DNA of 64,000 nt, taken from assembly GCF_964204645.1 (NCBI RefSeq), contig NC_134028.1, positions 7,316,001 to 7,380,000 on the forward strand, in the 5' to 3' direction. The translations under genes and the position numbers were made by a program. Shown here in pieces: positions 1-12,893 of this stretch. The notes below the pieces were generated by a model. That model was given only the letters and a program-made list of their open reading frames with translations, was not told the DNA's origin and did not search any database. The DNA comes from Tubulanus polymorphus (taxonomy: Eukaryota; Animalia; Nemertea). Within the stretch, counting starts at the first letter, position 1. Each line of letters starts with the position of its first letter.

Positions 1-380
1 AAAAAGTACAAACTAGATTTTCTAACCGCGGTCTTGACTCCGAAGCTGCGAGTTCACTTCAGTTATCATTAGGCTCAAGAACTTTTACTCGGTATATCTC
101 CTCGGGCGGGCACAGGAAAACCCTGTTAGCCTAGCCGTACGAAACTGTGGTTAATGTGCTGGTTAGTCTAACAACAGTTAGCACTACCAGAGTTTTCCTG
201 CGCACACCCCTGGTGCTTTAATGGTTAATCACTACGAACGGTCTTGTTAGGATCGCCTGTGTTCTAAACTCGATTCTTATTCATACCTTTATCCAAAATA
301 AGCTATTTGTTGTATTTCTGGTGCGGACAAATTGGTTTGTTTCAAGGACGAGACCTATACTCCTGGCTACGCCTTTAGAA

Positions 381-775
381 AAAAATACTAAGAATTATTC
401 TCAATCGGTATAGTAATGTCATGAACATATCTGACCACCAATTTGGTTTAAACAGGACCACTTTACCGAGCTCTTCACCGAAGTATTAGATACAACATGT
501 TGGAAGGTAGTGTACGGCCTCAGTTCGCTTCTCTGATGCAACAAAAGCATTTGATCAAGTTAATCATACCACCCTATTTTCTAAAATGATCCGTAAAGAT
601 TAATATCCTCTTTGCATTGTACAACTTTTGACTTTTGGTACAATACTCATGATCTTAGGATAGAGTGGAACACATACTTACCGTCGATTTCTTTTAATAC
701 AAGCAATGGAGTTCGGCAGGGTGGCTGTGGTAGTTTCTGTCTTATTCATTCAATGTCTATTTAATGACTTATTTT
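381..775 (+). mobile_element. Degenerate CR1/L2-type LINE reverse transcriptase fragment
   Basis: Frameshifted RT motifs in the expected order: HQFG (~436-447), DATKAFDQVNHTTLFSKM (~535-590) and SNGVRQGG (~702-726). Followed by a (CGAA)n tract at ~776-795. Confidence 0.75.
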
Positions 776-2458
776 GAACGAACGAACGAACGAACCATCC
801 ATAATGTAGTTCACTTAAGTTCGCAAAAGTAGCATCGCTGAATAGATCCCCAGGCGTCATTTGGAGAGTTCATGCACTTCAAGACGCGAGTAAAAAGGTG
901 TTTCTTAGAAGCTGAAATATTCTAAATTATCTCGAGGAAAAAAGAAAGCTAGCAATAAACCGACAAATGAACTTCGACGTATTATCAGAGTAACCAATGG
1001 CAACATTGGGATCTTGTGATTATCAACATCTCGCAGGAGATGCACCTGCAATTAGCATCTTAAATAAGTTGTAATTGGCGAAGAGTCAAATACAAAAGAA
1101 AGCTATTCTGGAGAGACCTTTTGGGACGTTGATCTTAGTAGAATTAAATACACAGCACTCACAGATGAGAGCCTTCACTGAGTCGTAGACAATTACATTC
1201 TTTCCTTGATGACAGATCTCATAAGAAATTGTGAAACCTTAGTGCAGCATTATGGAAAACAGCCATGCTGTTCATTGAAATGGAGGTCATCTGACTTGAC
1301 AGTCTTTACGAGTTCAATTGCTCTGGAGATTTACTCACTCGACTGTAAAACCCCTACTAAGTGTCTTTTAATGCCAACGATATGAATTTTCATGGTACTT
1401 TGCTGTCAACTTGCATGTACGTACGTCTGAATCAACAAATTGATGATAATATACCAGTGCAAAGCAAATACAGCAAGCAAAGCGTTGTAATTTTCTAACC
1501 GTATTAGTAACAGCCCGAAGATATTTCATCAGCACAATGAAGTCATAGAAGCGTTGTGTGTTTACCCGCAGAACGTTGTTCGAATTATTCACACAGCCAC
1601 CTTCCAGCCAACCTCCGTAGTCGATTCTATACGTATTCACTCACGGAGATAGCTTTCAAGTGCCGGCTGAAAAACCTGACAAAATTCTCAATTCAGTTTC
1701 ACCACGCATCGGAATGGTTGATTCCGAGATAACAATTACTTGGTAGGTTTGTTGTTCGGAAATTTCAAAGATTCTCAATGGACACATTGCCAAAATCTGG
1801 TTCAAAACTGTCTGTGGACCAGGTTAACAGCTGTGCGTTATTTTTTACACGCATCTTTGTCAGTTTGATATATGAGAGGTTTATGTGCTTGCGGACCCAA
1901 TGTCCTATATTTCTGCTGTGGGTAAAAAGGACGGCAGTAAACATATGCAACTGGATGCTTATCGGTCGACTGCTTGGTCACCGACTTCAAAATCAGATAA
2001 ACCGTTACTCGGCCGCGACCGACATGTTGAAAAATCATTCAGGGTAATTGTGGATATCTGATAAACTACAAATCGGATTAACGTAGCCTTTGATCAGCAG
2101 CTGGTGGTCCCGCGCGGGCTGTTTCACCTCACCCGACGTCAAACTCACAACCATAATGATTATTTTCAACAGCGAGGGATTAATGTTACATCGAGATGAA
2201 TCGAGGATTCACTGCAACTCCGGCGGAAATCCCCGCTGCTGCTTAATCCGGTTGTCAGTGGGCTAATCTACCCGCAAGTGACCGAAATGATTCACCATTA
2301 ATCACACTAATCTCCCTCATTACGCAAATTGATCTTCGAATATCCAGATTTTCAAATATCCAGAAATTCAGTTTCACGACCCTGGAGTGATTAGAAATTA
2401 ACTGCTGGTTAAAGGGTGAGGACGTTTTTGTAATTCTGGGTTTTTCAACAGATGTTGT

Positions 2459-2706
2459 TAGGGGTGGAACTATGGCCTGATTCTGGGAGGTGTTTGCACC
2501 CCAAAATAGGGCATATCATATAATCAAAAGGTCATCCTGAAAGAAAGCTCATTAACTCATTTTTGCAAATACGGAGAACAAGCTTATGAATTTTGAATCT
2601 TAGTTATCACTTGGATATTTTTGATTTTCCTCTAAAATGCCAGGGCAAATTGACATTTTAGGAGGGGGTGTGCACCCTCTACGCCGTACCCTTGGATCCA
2701 CCCCTG
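2459..2706. mobile_element. Non-autonomous DNA transposon, (C/T)AGGGGCGGATC...GATCCGCCCCTG-ended family
   Basis: Ends tagggg.../...ggatccacccctg with gttgt on both flanks. The internal cccaaaatagggcata motif is shared with the copy at 60544-60804. Related ends occur at ~14148, ~50656 and 55442. Confidence 0.55.
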
Positions 2707-2899
2707 GTTGTCTGGTACATTGAAACGACGCCGTCTTAACTCTGGTGATCATCTTTAATTGTACCCCGTTTTACACGAAATGCCGAAAATGAAGTTTATA
2801 CTCCTTTTCGTCAAATTAAACTTCGAAAGTCGCCATAGATATTGACGTTACGCTGCACGGGTGATGGCGATGATGTTCTTTCGCTTGTAATGTCGTCGA

Positions 2900-3214
2900 G
2901 TGTATGGAGCAGTTCTATTATCTACTGATCTCGGAGTCGAAGCTAATTACAGAACATCAGTGACCAAGACTACCAGCTTCTTCTTCATGTACAGTCAATA
3001 TAAGACTGAATCAGAGGCTGTTGACCAATTCACATCGACTACATTGACACTAAATTGGCACCGGTACATTACATTCTATTCATTTGTCTTTCGATCGAGA
3101 ATTTTCTTTTCACGATGCAGTTTTACAGAAAAAAATGACCTCTCATCCTACGACATCCGCCAAATTGCCTTAGTTGGATCTTTTTCCAGCCATGGGTTCT
3201 GGACGAGTCAATAG
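2900..3214 (+). mobile_element. Possible decayed DIRS-type retroelement methyltransferase-domain relic
   Basis: TDLGVEANYRTSVTKTTSFF...ESEAVDQFT...LNW...FYSF loosely follows the DIRS N6-MTase pattern DLFA...K...F.S....E.VDAFT..W...YAFPP; the catalytic FPP is absent. Judged by eye only. Confidence 0.35.
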
Positions 3215-6200
3215 ATCTACTAACTATTAGGCAATTCTAATGATGCCGTAGAGGATTAAGGAGGCGGCTATTCGTGAGTTACAAAACTGAATCGTCATAT
3301 CTTTCTAGTTAGTATCCAAAACGTCGGAGTAAGATATACTCCAAGCTAGACTGTGAGAAAGGGCTTGCAGGTTTTGCAGCCATGTGCTTTTTCGGCATGA
3401 CCAGGTCATATTGGTTGGCAAACGTAATAAGTGATTTAAACATGACAGACCCTCAAAGTTCGTGAATCCCTGATTATTTTTACTAGTTATGTATGGCAGG
3501 TCTCCAGCACTGGTTGACAAGCAAACTACGACCTCTACATAAACACCTCGGCATAAAACTGCCTCAATCGGCAAACAGTCTTTGCCCTAAATTCGGACCA
3601 AAATGTCAAATTCAGATCAAAGCCTCGGCGACGAATACGATGGTAGGCCTATAATTGAATCAAGCCTCACATCGCAAATCTTCACAGCTTCAAGATGTTT
3701 AATTCAGAAATCTTCCTTCAGATGACAAAAAAGCAGCATGGATATTAAGGGTCACTATAGTATTCAGGGTATATACGTATGGAAGATACAAAGCGACTAG
3801 ACGTGATGTAGATTAAATTGCCATTCGCTTTTATTGGTGTATTATCTTCCTGTTCTCTAGAGGGCTGATAACGACGTGCTCATACGAATACGAAATCAGC
3901 TTTGAAAAATTCGTCCTCTCGCACCCACAGGAGACCTGCCACGTATGATTTCATCTTTAAGCCGACAAATGAGAGTCGACATCTAATCCCATCTAATACC
4001 GCAGCCCGGTCGAGCGACGACCGCGATTTAGATCTAAGACCTCTCCGAATTGCTAGTCAGACAAAGATATCTTGTCACTTTAATCAGTTCAAACCAATTT
4101 TTGAATTAGGACCAACATTGCCGACGAAGAAAACATTGACAGCTTTAAATGCCTCCAGGGAGGAGTAGACTGCGTCCTACCTCCTTCCAACAAGCTATTG
4201 AGTTGCCCACGTTGAAATCTTGTTGACTACATTCAAAACCATTTCTACTAATCGTGAATTTTTTTCCCGTGTCAAAGACAAGGTTAAAGAAACTAATATA
4301 TTATCTGAGATTCTTACTGTAACTGGATATATTTAGCATATCAATCGAGTCCAAAGCTTATTCATTGACTTTGATGTGCTGTGCTTTATGTTGGGTGCCG
4401 ATTTTAGTTACTTTTTAACTTTTGACATGATTTGCTGATCCGCCTGCAGACGATAGTTTCACAGTCGATTAATTTCAATGCCATGTTTCGCAGGCAATCA
4501 AGACGTTTAACGGTAATTTCCTCGAGTTATCCCTTACATTATCCGTTTGTTGGGGGCTAATCCTGTAAAATATCTCCTTTTAATGGTATTTTCCAATAGC
4601 ATATATTTTCATCGGTATAAAAATCTCGCATATGCTTTTGCAGTTCACTATCTTATGAAATTTCCATAGCTGTCAGGATTGGGATGATTCATCGGCCGAG
4701 TTAATGTGACTAAATTTACATATTACCGCACAGTCCATTAATCATATACAATTCGATCCCACGATCGAAACAAAAACTAAATCGTCCACTTATTTAAATG
4801 TCATTTAAAACGGCTCGGCAAAATTACCTATTTAATGAAGACGCAGCTGTAGTGAGCGAAAAGTCTCAAGTTGTCGCGAGTTGCTCATGAATTTTCATTT
4901 CTTAATCTTTGCAGAATTGCAACAGAAGCGAAATGAATCTTCTCTAGGTCAGAACTAGAAATTGTTATAAACTGTAACTTTTTGATACATCACTACATGA
5001 ACCGCACTAATCCTTTTTCATATACATTTTTGACGCCGTAAAAACCGTTACAATGATGTTTATATTTACCGCGTTATTTAAGGAGTTCTGCGTCAGTCGA
5101 TGTGCACTACGTCATCAATATTGGCGTTTTAAAATGATGTTACAATTGTGAATTTTGGCGTTCATTTTGAAATCAAATATATTTTATAACTCTCATTTCA
5201 TTTTTGATCAATTTTAATAATCATTTTGAGAGGATGTGCACTACGTCATCAATATATCGGAGCCGGTCAATTCAATTGAATTATCGATATTCAAATCAAA
5301 AATAACTTTATTGATCCTTGATGTTATATAATTTATATCATATCTTTTATTGTCGACAATATTAAGCGATCTCGATATATGTGTTATTTTTTCAAGGCAT
5401 CAATAGTCTTTTAAGTTAAAGTTTTCTTGTTTGATATATACATATACTTTATCCTTCACGTCTCCTTCTCGCCGTATAGAGACGGGCTATAATTCTAGCC
5501 CTGGGGGTCCGGTTTCATGAAGCTAATCAGCATTAATTTCAACCGTTGAATGAGCAGGTTGTTATTAGCAACTAACCATAATATTGTTTTGCGCGGCCCC
5601 CGGTCCCTGAAGCAACATTATAAATTTGATAATTATTTTCAAGGTTTATATCGCAAAGTTCGCTACTCGATAATGGCTCGGCTTATTTTATATTAGGGAA
5701 TTTATTCATTTATAATCGACGGATTATTTTTCTATTTGATTTGATTTTCGTGTCCCATATAGAACCCACCACACCTGCCGGGATCGAAAAAGTAGGTTTG
5801 ATTTTAAATTCCAAGTACAGGTAGCTGCGTGATCGGCGTGGAAATTTCGATTCCGGTTCGTTTGAACCAAACTTCCAACCATTCGTATAGCTAGTCGTAA
5901 CTAATAACCGTACGCACTATAGTTCGGTCTTAAAGCATTTCGCAATGTCGGCCATCTTGACACAGGTACGAACTACAGTGACCGCGCTCAATCCCGTGGT
6001 CGACCATTTCCAGACTATCTCTGACTAAATGAATTTGGGTTCACAAATAGTCGACTTACTCCGATATCGAAGTTTAGACCGGCTGAACCAGCATTACTGG
6101 TTGGGGTTGATTTTGTCGGCTACCTATATCACTTTATTCTATCTTTCACTATAATATCATTCCAAGTTTCATTAATCACGTCGCTGCTTTTTCTTGCCAG

Positions 6201-7935
6201 CTATATTGGGAACTAGTATAGCACTGCAGTGTCATACGTGTGGTCCGCCGACAGTATCAGTAAAACAGTGCCAATATGATTTCAAATCATACCAACCTCA
6301 AAACTGTACCAACGATCAACCTTATTGCATGGTAAGTGCCCCAAGAGTGAAACATAATAAAAAAACTGAATTTGGAACTAAAAATGCGGAACTTGGATTT
6401 AAAACTTTTCTACTTTTGGGATGAAAATTACGAAAAAATGGCGCGACTTTTTCACGATACTAGCACGCACCTATGGGAATTTACCGTCTGAATTCGCACT
6501 TTTCGGCAACTTTTCACGAAATTCATCCATCGTGTTAAAAAAGTACCGCATTAAATGCACCATTACCTACGCTATGATTTACAGGTTGAACGCTGGAACA
6601 TAAACGGGAAAGTTCAGAAATTCATCCGACGCTGTGAGAAAATGTGCAAACCAATGAGAAAAGGTGGAGAAGGTGAGTACGGCGAACCAATTTATATCAA
6701 TTTATGAAGACCACTGCGTTCCGTAATGGAACTCCGAGTGAGAGGAAATTTCATCATTTCGCCATAAAAAATATGACGAAATACTATTGGTTTCAGCTTC
6801 GATACAATTGCAGCTACCGCTGACCATAATAAGCGCAGCCACGTAGAGCGGCGACGATCAAAAGAACTGTAGATTGGCTTGGCGTATAGCCGAAGTCGGG
6901 TCGGCGATCGGCAGTTTTTAGACGATCCATATAGCCAGATAGCCCGTTTTGCCTTAGTGCTACCATAGAACCGCGATCACGCGGAGTCGATGTGGCCCGG
7001 TCCTAATTGTCATGGATCAGGCCCTAGTCAAATTTGGCCCGTACCTAATTAGAGAGCGCGTTCACACTTCAACCACTCACTCGATACTAAACAATGCTCA
7101 AACAAAGTGAAGAAGTGAAGTGAGTCACTTCAGAACCAGTTGCAATTCACACGCAATAATTTGACCCGTACCGAAATTTGGCTCGGGCCTGGTTCAACGT
7201 TTTTGGTCAAGCTAAATCGGCACGGGCCCATTTAGCATCCGTGTGAACAGTGTTGTTCCGGGCCAAAAATGCTCGTGCGATTGCGGCTACGGACTTGGTT
7301 TTGAGTTTCTCGATCTCTGAAATATCATATCAACTTTAGAAAAGTTTTCAAGAAATCATTTGGAAAATTCTAAAATGCAGATCGTTTATTCCCGTCGATT
7401 AAGCGTGCAAAAATTTCGAAGTATTCATGGAAGCGCATCTCTGAATGAATTTCTAAATTTGGCTGGTGTGAAAAGAGCATGATTGGTTTCGAGAGGCGTT
7501 TTAGTTTAATATACAAAAAGCCCAGCTGGCGAGTTCCCATATAGATATCCCTGAATAAATAGACAAAACTATAATCTGTGTTTTATATCTTCCGGAGATA
7601 AACCTTCATGACATAAAACATAATGACATCAGAATTAATTTCTGCTTTTTTTTCTCTGGGAACTGATATAATGGTGTGCATTATTCCTTTTGGCACAAGC
7701 GCTGTAGCTTTTGGGGAATGGTCACTAGTGCGCTAGCATCTCCCTCCCTGGAACTATTAAAATTCCTATTTTTTGTCCATTTTCAGAGAGATTCGGAGAA
7801 CACCGTAGCTGCTGCCAAACGGATTTATGCAACACGGACAATTCAGCTCCTAAAGTAGTGACAATTCCGTCGGAAATGATATCACTTCTGAGCATTTGCG
7901 CCATTCCAGCGTTTTTAGCCAAACTCTGGTATTAA
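6201..7935 (+). CDS. Ly6/uPAR (three-finger, LU domain) GPI-anchored protein; exons 6201-6331, 6585-6672, 7787-7935; start exon unresolved
   Basis: Spliced product ..ILGTSIALQCHTCGPPTVSVKQCQYDFKSYQPQNCTNDQPYCM/VERWNINGKVQKFIRRCEKMCKPMRKGGE/ERFGEHRSCCQTDLCNTDNSAPKVVTIPSEMISLLSICAIPAFLAKLWY*. It has 10 Cys, the LxCxxC start, the CCxxDLCN end and a hydrophobic GPI-type tail. GT-AG phases are consistent. Confidence 0.8.
6968..7290. mobile_element. MITE with CCGCGATCAC termini (other copies ~27195-27473, partial ~37055-37185)
   Basis: Termini ccgcgatcacgc ... gtgcgattgcgg. Internal tcaaatttggcccg and cactcgatact motifs recur in the other copies. Confidence 0.6.
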
Positions 7936-9002
7936 AAACAAGATAATTTGTATACGTTTATACATCGCCAGATCCAGACTGGAAATGCTCGATATTCTGA
8001 CGTAATGCGAAGCCAGCCATCGGTGAAAATTTCATTTAGTTCATCAACTCTTTTTATGTCGTAATTGAATACCTATTAAATGGAGACTATCGATCTGCCA
8101 ACCGATTCTATCGTTTGCTATGCCTGTTGTAATTACCGCTTGTATGAATGATTTCTAAAATAAATGGATTTTTTATTTGACGCATTTATCGCACAACTGT
8201 GCGCACAACTGTAAAAAAGGTGTGACCTGAGGCCTTATATTGCATATTTCTTCATAATCACGCGGTGGGGAGTTAGAAATTTTGATGAGTTCTTACCGAT
8301 GAAAAGTATATTTACGATGATGATTGTGTAGGACATAATGCCTGATTGAAATTAAATTAATAATCAGATAATAAACTAAATTTTCTCTACAAATACTCAA
8401 GGCCGTACAAAGCGGTGGCAGGGGAAAATTCAAATGCTAGGTGCAGGCCTGATATGCCCAGTGTTTTACTATGTACGGTAGGCTAAATCGGACAAAATTC
8501 GTTGGTTGCCGAAAGGGAGCAAAGTATTTCTTCGACCAGATATAGAAGTTCTACGGTTACTGGCTTAAAAAACTAGCTTGTAATCAGAAACCGGCACTTT
8601 TCACTTAGCGTCCTTGTATTCGTTTTTGGGTTATCTATTTCATCACCATATACTTCCGGTAATGAAAGACGAATCGACATCGGTCACGTTATGAGAAAAG
8701 TTGTCCCCGGTACACTGGATGATGAATAATTGAATGCCGAACGCGTAGGAAATTTGCACATTTCTGCAATCAGTTGGCGATCTCATTACCTGCTGGGTGA
8801 TGTCGAAAGAGATAAATCCAACACAACGCAAATTGCTGAAATACAGATACATATTATCTCCATCCGTAAACGAACCATCGTTTTTTTCAGGTCTCACGAT
8901 AGTGAAGATGACAAAACATTTTACCTTCATGTCAGCAACAAACAATAAAAGACCGTTCACCATTGACACTATATCCGTGTTTTGTGACAATAATATAACG
9001 AT

Positions 9003-9138
9003 AATCCCTCAATAAAGACGAACAAATAAAGTCCGAAATGTTTCTTTGAGCTAGTAGTTTTAGTCGAAACGTCGAATAAACTACCGGCTCAAGGAAATAT
9101 TTTCGGACGTCTTTACTTTTTCGTCTTTATTGTGGATT
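9003..9138. repeat. Imperfect fold-back palindrome (~60-bp arms)
   Basis: aatcc-caataaagacgaa...gtccgaaa...ttgagc-gtagttt pairs with aaactac-gctcaa...tttcggac...ttcgtctttattg-ggatt. Confidence 0.7.
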
Positions 9139-12100
9139 CTCGATATAGTAATAGACCGTTATAATGACACTGTTAGGACCAACGAATTTGGTGTTATAAA
9201 GAATGGTTTTTTCATTGAATTTGAGTTGGATCGGGCAAATTTGTTCACTGAAAAAATTAAGCCGCTAATTAGAGAGCAATGGCATAGACCCTTTCGCTGG
9301 GGACTACTTTTATTGACAATGAATTCTCCATGGGCAGTAAATCTTTGTTTATATTGACTTAAATTTCAATGTCAATTTATATGCATTTCGAATGAACAAA
9401 GACCCATGAAACTAATATCTGTTATGAAGCTAGTAGTAAGAGCTACAGGAGGATGGCGTTATAACCGACTTTGACTGTATCTAAAAATACGTATGTGTGG
9501 GATTGGGCAGAAAAGCTAAAGAGGTTGGGGCGAGGAAGGTAGGCCTATGCGGTCAGAGACGATTCATTTATCGTGCGAATCTTCGGCGAAGAATTATACC
9601 CGGTAGTCACACCACACACGGTGAATTATATCCTGTTGTCACGAATCGAACATTTCGTCGAGCCATTTGCCGGCGGCGAAATCACGCCGAGGTCTGCCTA
9701 TTTACTTAACAAAAATCGGCAAGCCAGAAAATGTCCGCATAATTGGATTAGTAAAAAGGAGAAAAAAGACTTTGGAGTGCGTACATGAAATCCTCATATA
9801 TATTTGGCATATCAAATACACATACCGAATATATGTAAGTCACTGCCAGTTGTCGGTATGAAACATTCTTTTTATATATTTTCTCCGGGAGGACTCACAA
9901 AGCAACCATATCTTTGAGGGATTACATATTCAAATGTGGAAAATCTCCCTTGGAATAGAGTGAACTGGGCCCGCTCCAGATAGTGCGGAGAGTCGTTTTA
10001 GAGTCCATGCCTCGAGGAAGAGGCGCGAGAGCACTAGTCACGCTCTGACGTGTTGAACACGATGATAAGTTCAAACCCATGAAATACATAATCTAAAATA
10101 TCAAAAACGAATTCTATCTATCAAGAATTAGAATCAAAATACACGTTCTTTTAAATTCTGTATCAGTGGGATTTGAATTCTGTATATAGTGGATTCTGTA
10201 TACATAAATAGTTGGTTTCTTTTGCCGGTATGATTGCATCCTCTTCTGCTCGCAGACGGAGGGCGAGCACGTGAGATCGCCAATTGCTGAGGTGGCTCGC
10301 GAAGCGTATGAATTTTTCTCGGGGGAATTCTAATTTCATAATAAATTTGCTGTGCGCTTGGTTCGAGAACGGACGCGAGGTAAACGGCGAAACAGGAAGA
10401 AAACTGAAAATTACGAATCATCGGATGTGAATAATTTTGGAATGGGAGGAAAGACAAAGGGGTTCGATGAGCAATTATGTATTTACCTCGATGTGATGAC
10501 TTATGGTAGCAACTGGTCAGAATGGCATAGCAAAGTTCGCAAGACATATACTTATTGTTGACGTTCTCTCTTTTTAAGCCTTTTTAGTTACTTGGAGTAG
10601 GAATTTTTTCAAGAAAGGGAAGGTGAAGAGAAAAATTAAAATCTAAATAGGCGTTTCAAAATGGTAAGGTCAGGGAAAAATCAAGATATTTCGTTTATTA
10701 TTTGCGTACTTTCCACGTAAGACCTCGGAAGGACTGCAGGAAAAAATAAAAAACGGTGTGAAAATTGTGATGAATTTGATAAAAAGTGATGGGAGAAATG
10801 AAAAAGAAATCTAACCCTTTCGAAAAAAAATCCTTTTACAAGTTACTAGATTGAAAATCAAGACGGACATAACAAAAAAATAACAATCTTTCTCAAATGA
10901 AAAATTCTGCTGAGAACACGAAGGACTATAAAAAGATTGATGATTTTTGTGAAAACATTCATTTCATAGACTGTGGATAGTGATGTTCATTTTCTGTTTG
11001 TTCATCCTATTCTCTGGTATGATTTAACTTACCTTTTCACGTTATCAGTAGCGCTACCACGATCTTTTTGTGACAGACACACTCAGTTCTTGTGAATTAT
11101 GTATGAGAATCCGAACACCATCGCGAAATATAAATGCAGAATTATGACAACCGGAGGCCATAGCGGCAAATTTTCTCGAAATAATCTTGCGAACCTAGAT
11201 AAACTCGTCTCAAGAAAGATATTCTGGGAAAATTAAATTTTACATTTTAAAGGGTTAAAATCAACATCTATATTAAGATTGTCATATTTAAAACCAGATT
11301 GAGATTATGATTATTTGTTAAAGTGCGTGTAATAAAATTTCTATTGAATATCGTCATGAAACGTGTTGTATCGTGTTTCATCATATTCCAGAGTTTCGGG
11401 TCGTGCAAAAATGAGTTGTTGCGCGAAATTGCCAAGAGTTAGAAACCACGTTATAAAACAGTTCTATTGAGATATAGATAATAAGCTGATTCGTGCAAGT
11501 TTTAACGTACTTTTTAAAACGACGTTCGCTCCGATTATGTTCGGAAACGTCGAAAGATGAAAACAGCTTCAGGCATCGTGTGGGACATGAATATAAAAAC
11601 AGCACGACCTCAAGACTCAACACACGATTCACGACAAATCCGTCGCATTGTAATTATTCCAAAAATTCAATATGAAATTAAACGGTAAAATGAAGAATAA
11701 TCCGATCTGTAAAGAGCGGCTTAAAAAACAGGATGAACACAGTAATAATCTGTACCCATTGGGCTATAACCCCCCCCCCCCCTCTCTCCATCCCGCCTCG
11801 TCGTTTTGTGATGTGTGACAAAATTATGTCCTAGGGACGGATCTAGGGAGTGAGAGGGAGCGGGTCGACCCTATCCCACTAGAAGTGACTCTTTTTTATC
11901 AAGACAATGATCCAAAAAAAAGCTTTGAAAGCTTTGAAAATAAAACAAATTCGACGCTCATCGTCATGGATACTGCACCTTTTCAGATTCATTTCTAATA
12001 ATGCCCGGTTGATGGATGGGCGGGAATTCGGATATAGCCTTCAGCGTGATTACTTGCTCCAATGAAAGCCAAGCCCTTCACGTGTACCTCCACTCTGCAC

Positions 12101-12718
12101 CATGTTCCTGTGTATCCAGTTCTGTCACCCAATTCCCTTCTTCGATACTTTATCAAGTTCTGTATACGGATACTAGTTCAACATAAGCTCGGACAAAGGC
12201 AACAATAACAAAAATCCTTAAGTGATAAGTATTCTATCAACTGTTATTTATTTCCTGTCTTAGAAAATCGGATGCGGATTTTCATTAACTCATTATCGGT
12301 AAAACTTTGGTAAAGTCTCCCGGGCCCTAGAAAACGTATTGACAAATAGGTCTGGTTTTAAGTTACCGGTATCATATTGGTTGTAGAACCAAAATGCGCT
12401 TAGACTGGTCTTAAGCTTACTTTTGCTACTGGACCAAGAGTGTTTTTATCTATGGGATCTTACTCATTCCTAGTTACAATTGCTCTGAATAGATCTACAA
12501 TTGCGGTCAGAAACGCATCTAGCAGCGCACTCTAGCGTCCGTCTTCTGTCACTAATCGCTGTTGATAAGGCAAACCAGGAACCTTTAACCGAACCTGAAA
12601 ATATCATCACAATTATCATAACGGCTGCCGACTCGTTAACCAATCAACTAGGCCACAGTGCGTGACATCACATCAAATTCTTCAATAAATGCTCGGCTCG
12701 CAAAAGTCGAATATCCAG

Positions 12719-12891
12719 GGCCCAGTGGTACAGTCGTGACTGGTCTCAAGGGGTCGCTTCCATAGTCGATACTTAAGTCCAAAACTCGTCTTAAATCTTA
12801 AGAATGGTTTTAAGTTGTTAGCTTGGCTATAGAAGTAATTTGGTCTCAGACTGGTCTTGAATATAAGCCGTGACTATAATGCAACTGGCCC
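12719..12891. mobile_element. PIF/Harbinger-like MITE (GGGCCAGTTGC termini), immediately downstream of the PAN-gene stop codon
   Basis: ggcccagtgg...gcaactggccc termini. Same internal ggtcttaa/ttggctatagaa motifs as the copy at 38489-38607. Confidence 0.65.
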
Positions 12892-12893
12892 CA

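Noticed and set aside
8643-8990. 115-aa minus-strand ORF
   Set aside because: No recognisable domain or supporting splice structure.
9573-9788. FVEPFAGG resembles Dam (D12 class) methyltransferase motif I
   Set aside because: No upstream GGK motif, no DPPY, and the ORF is short; probably chance.
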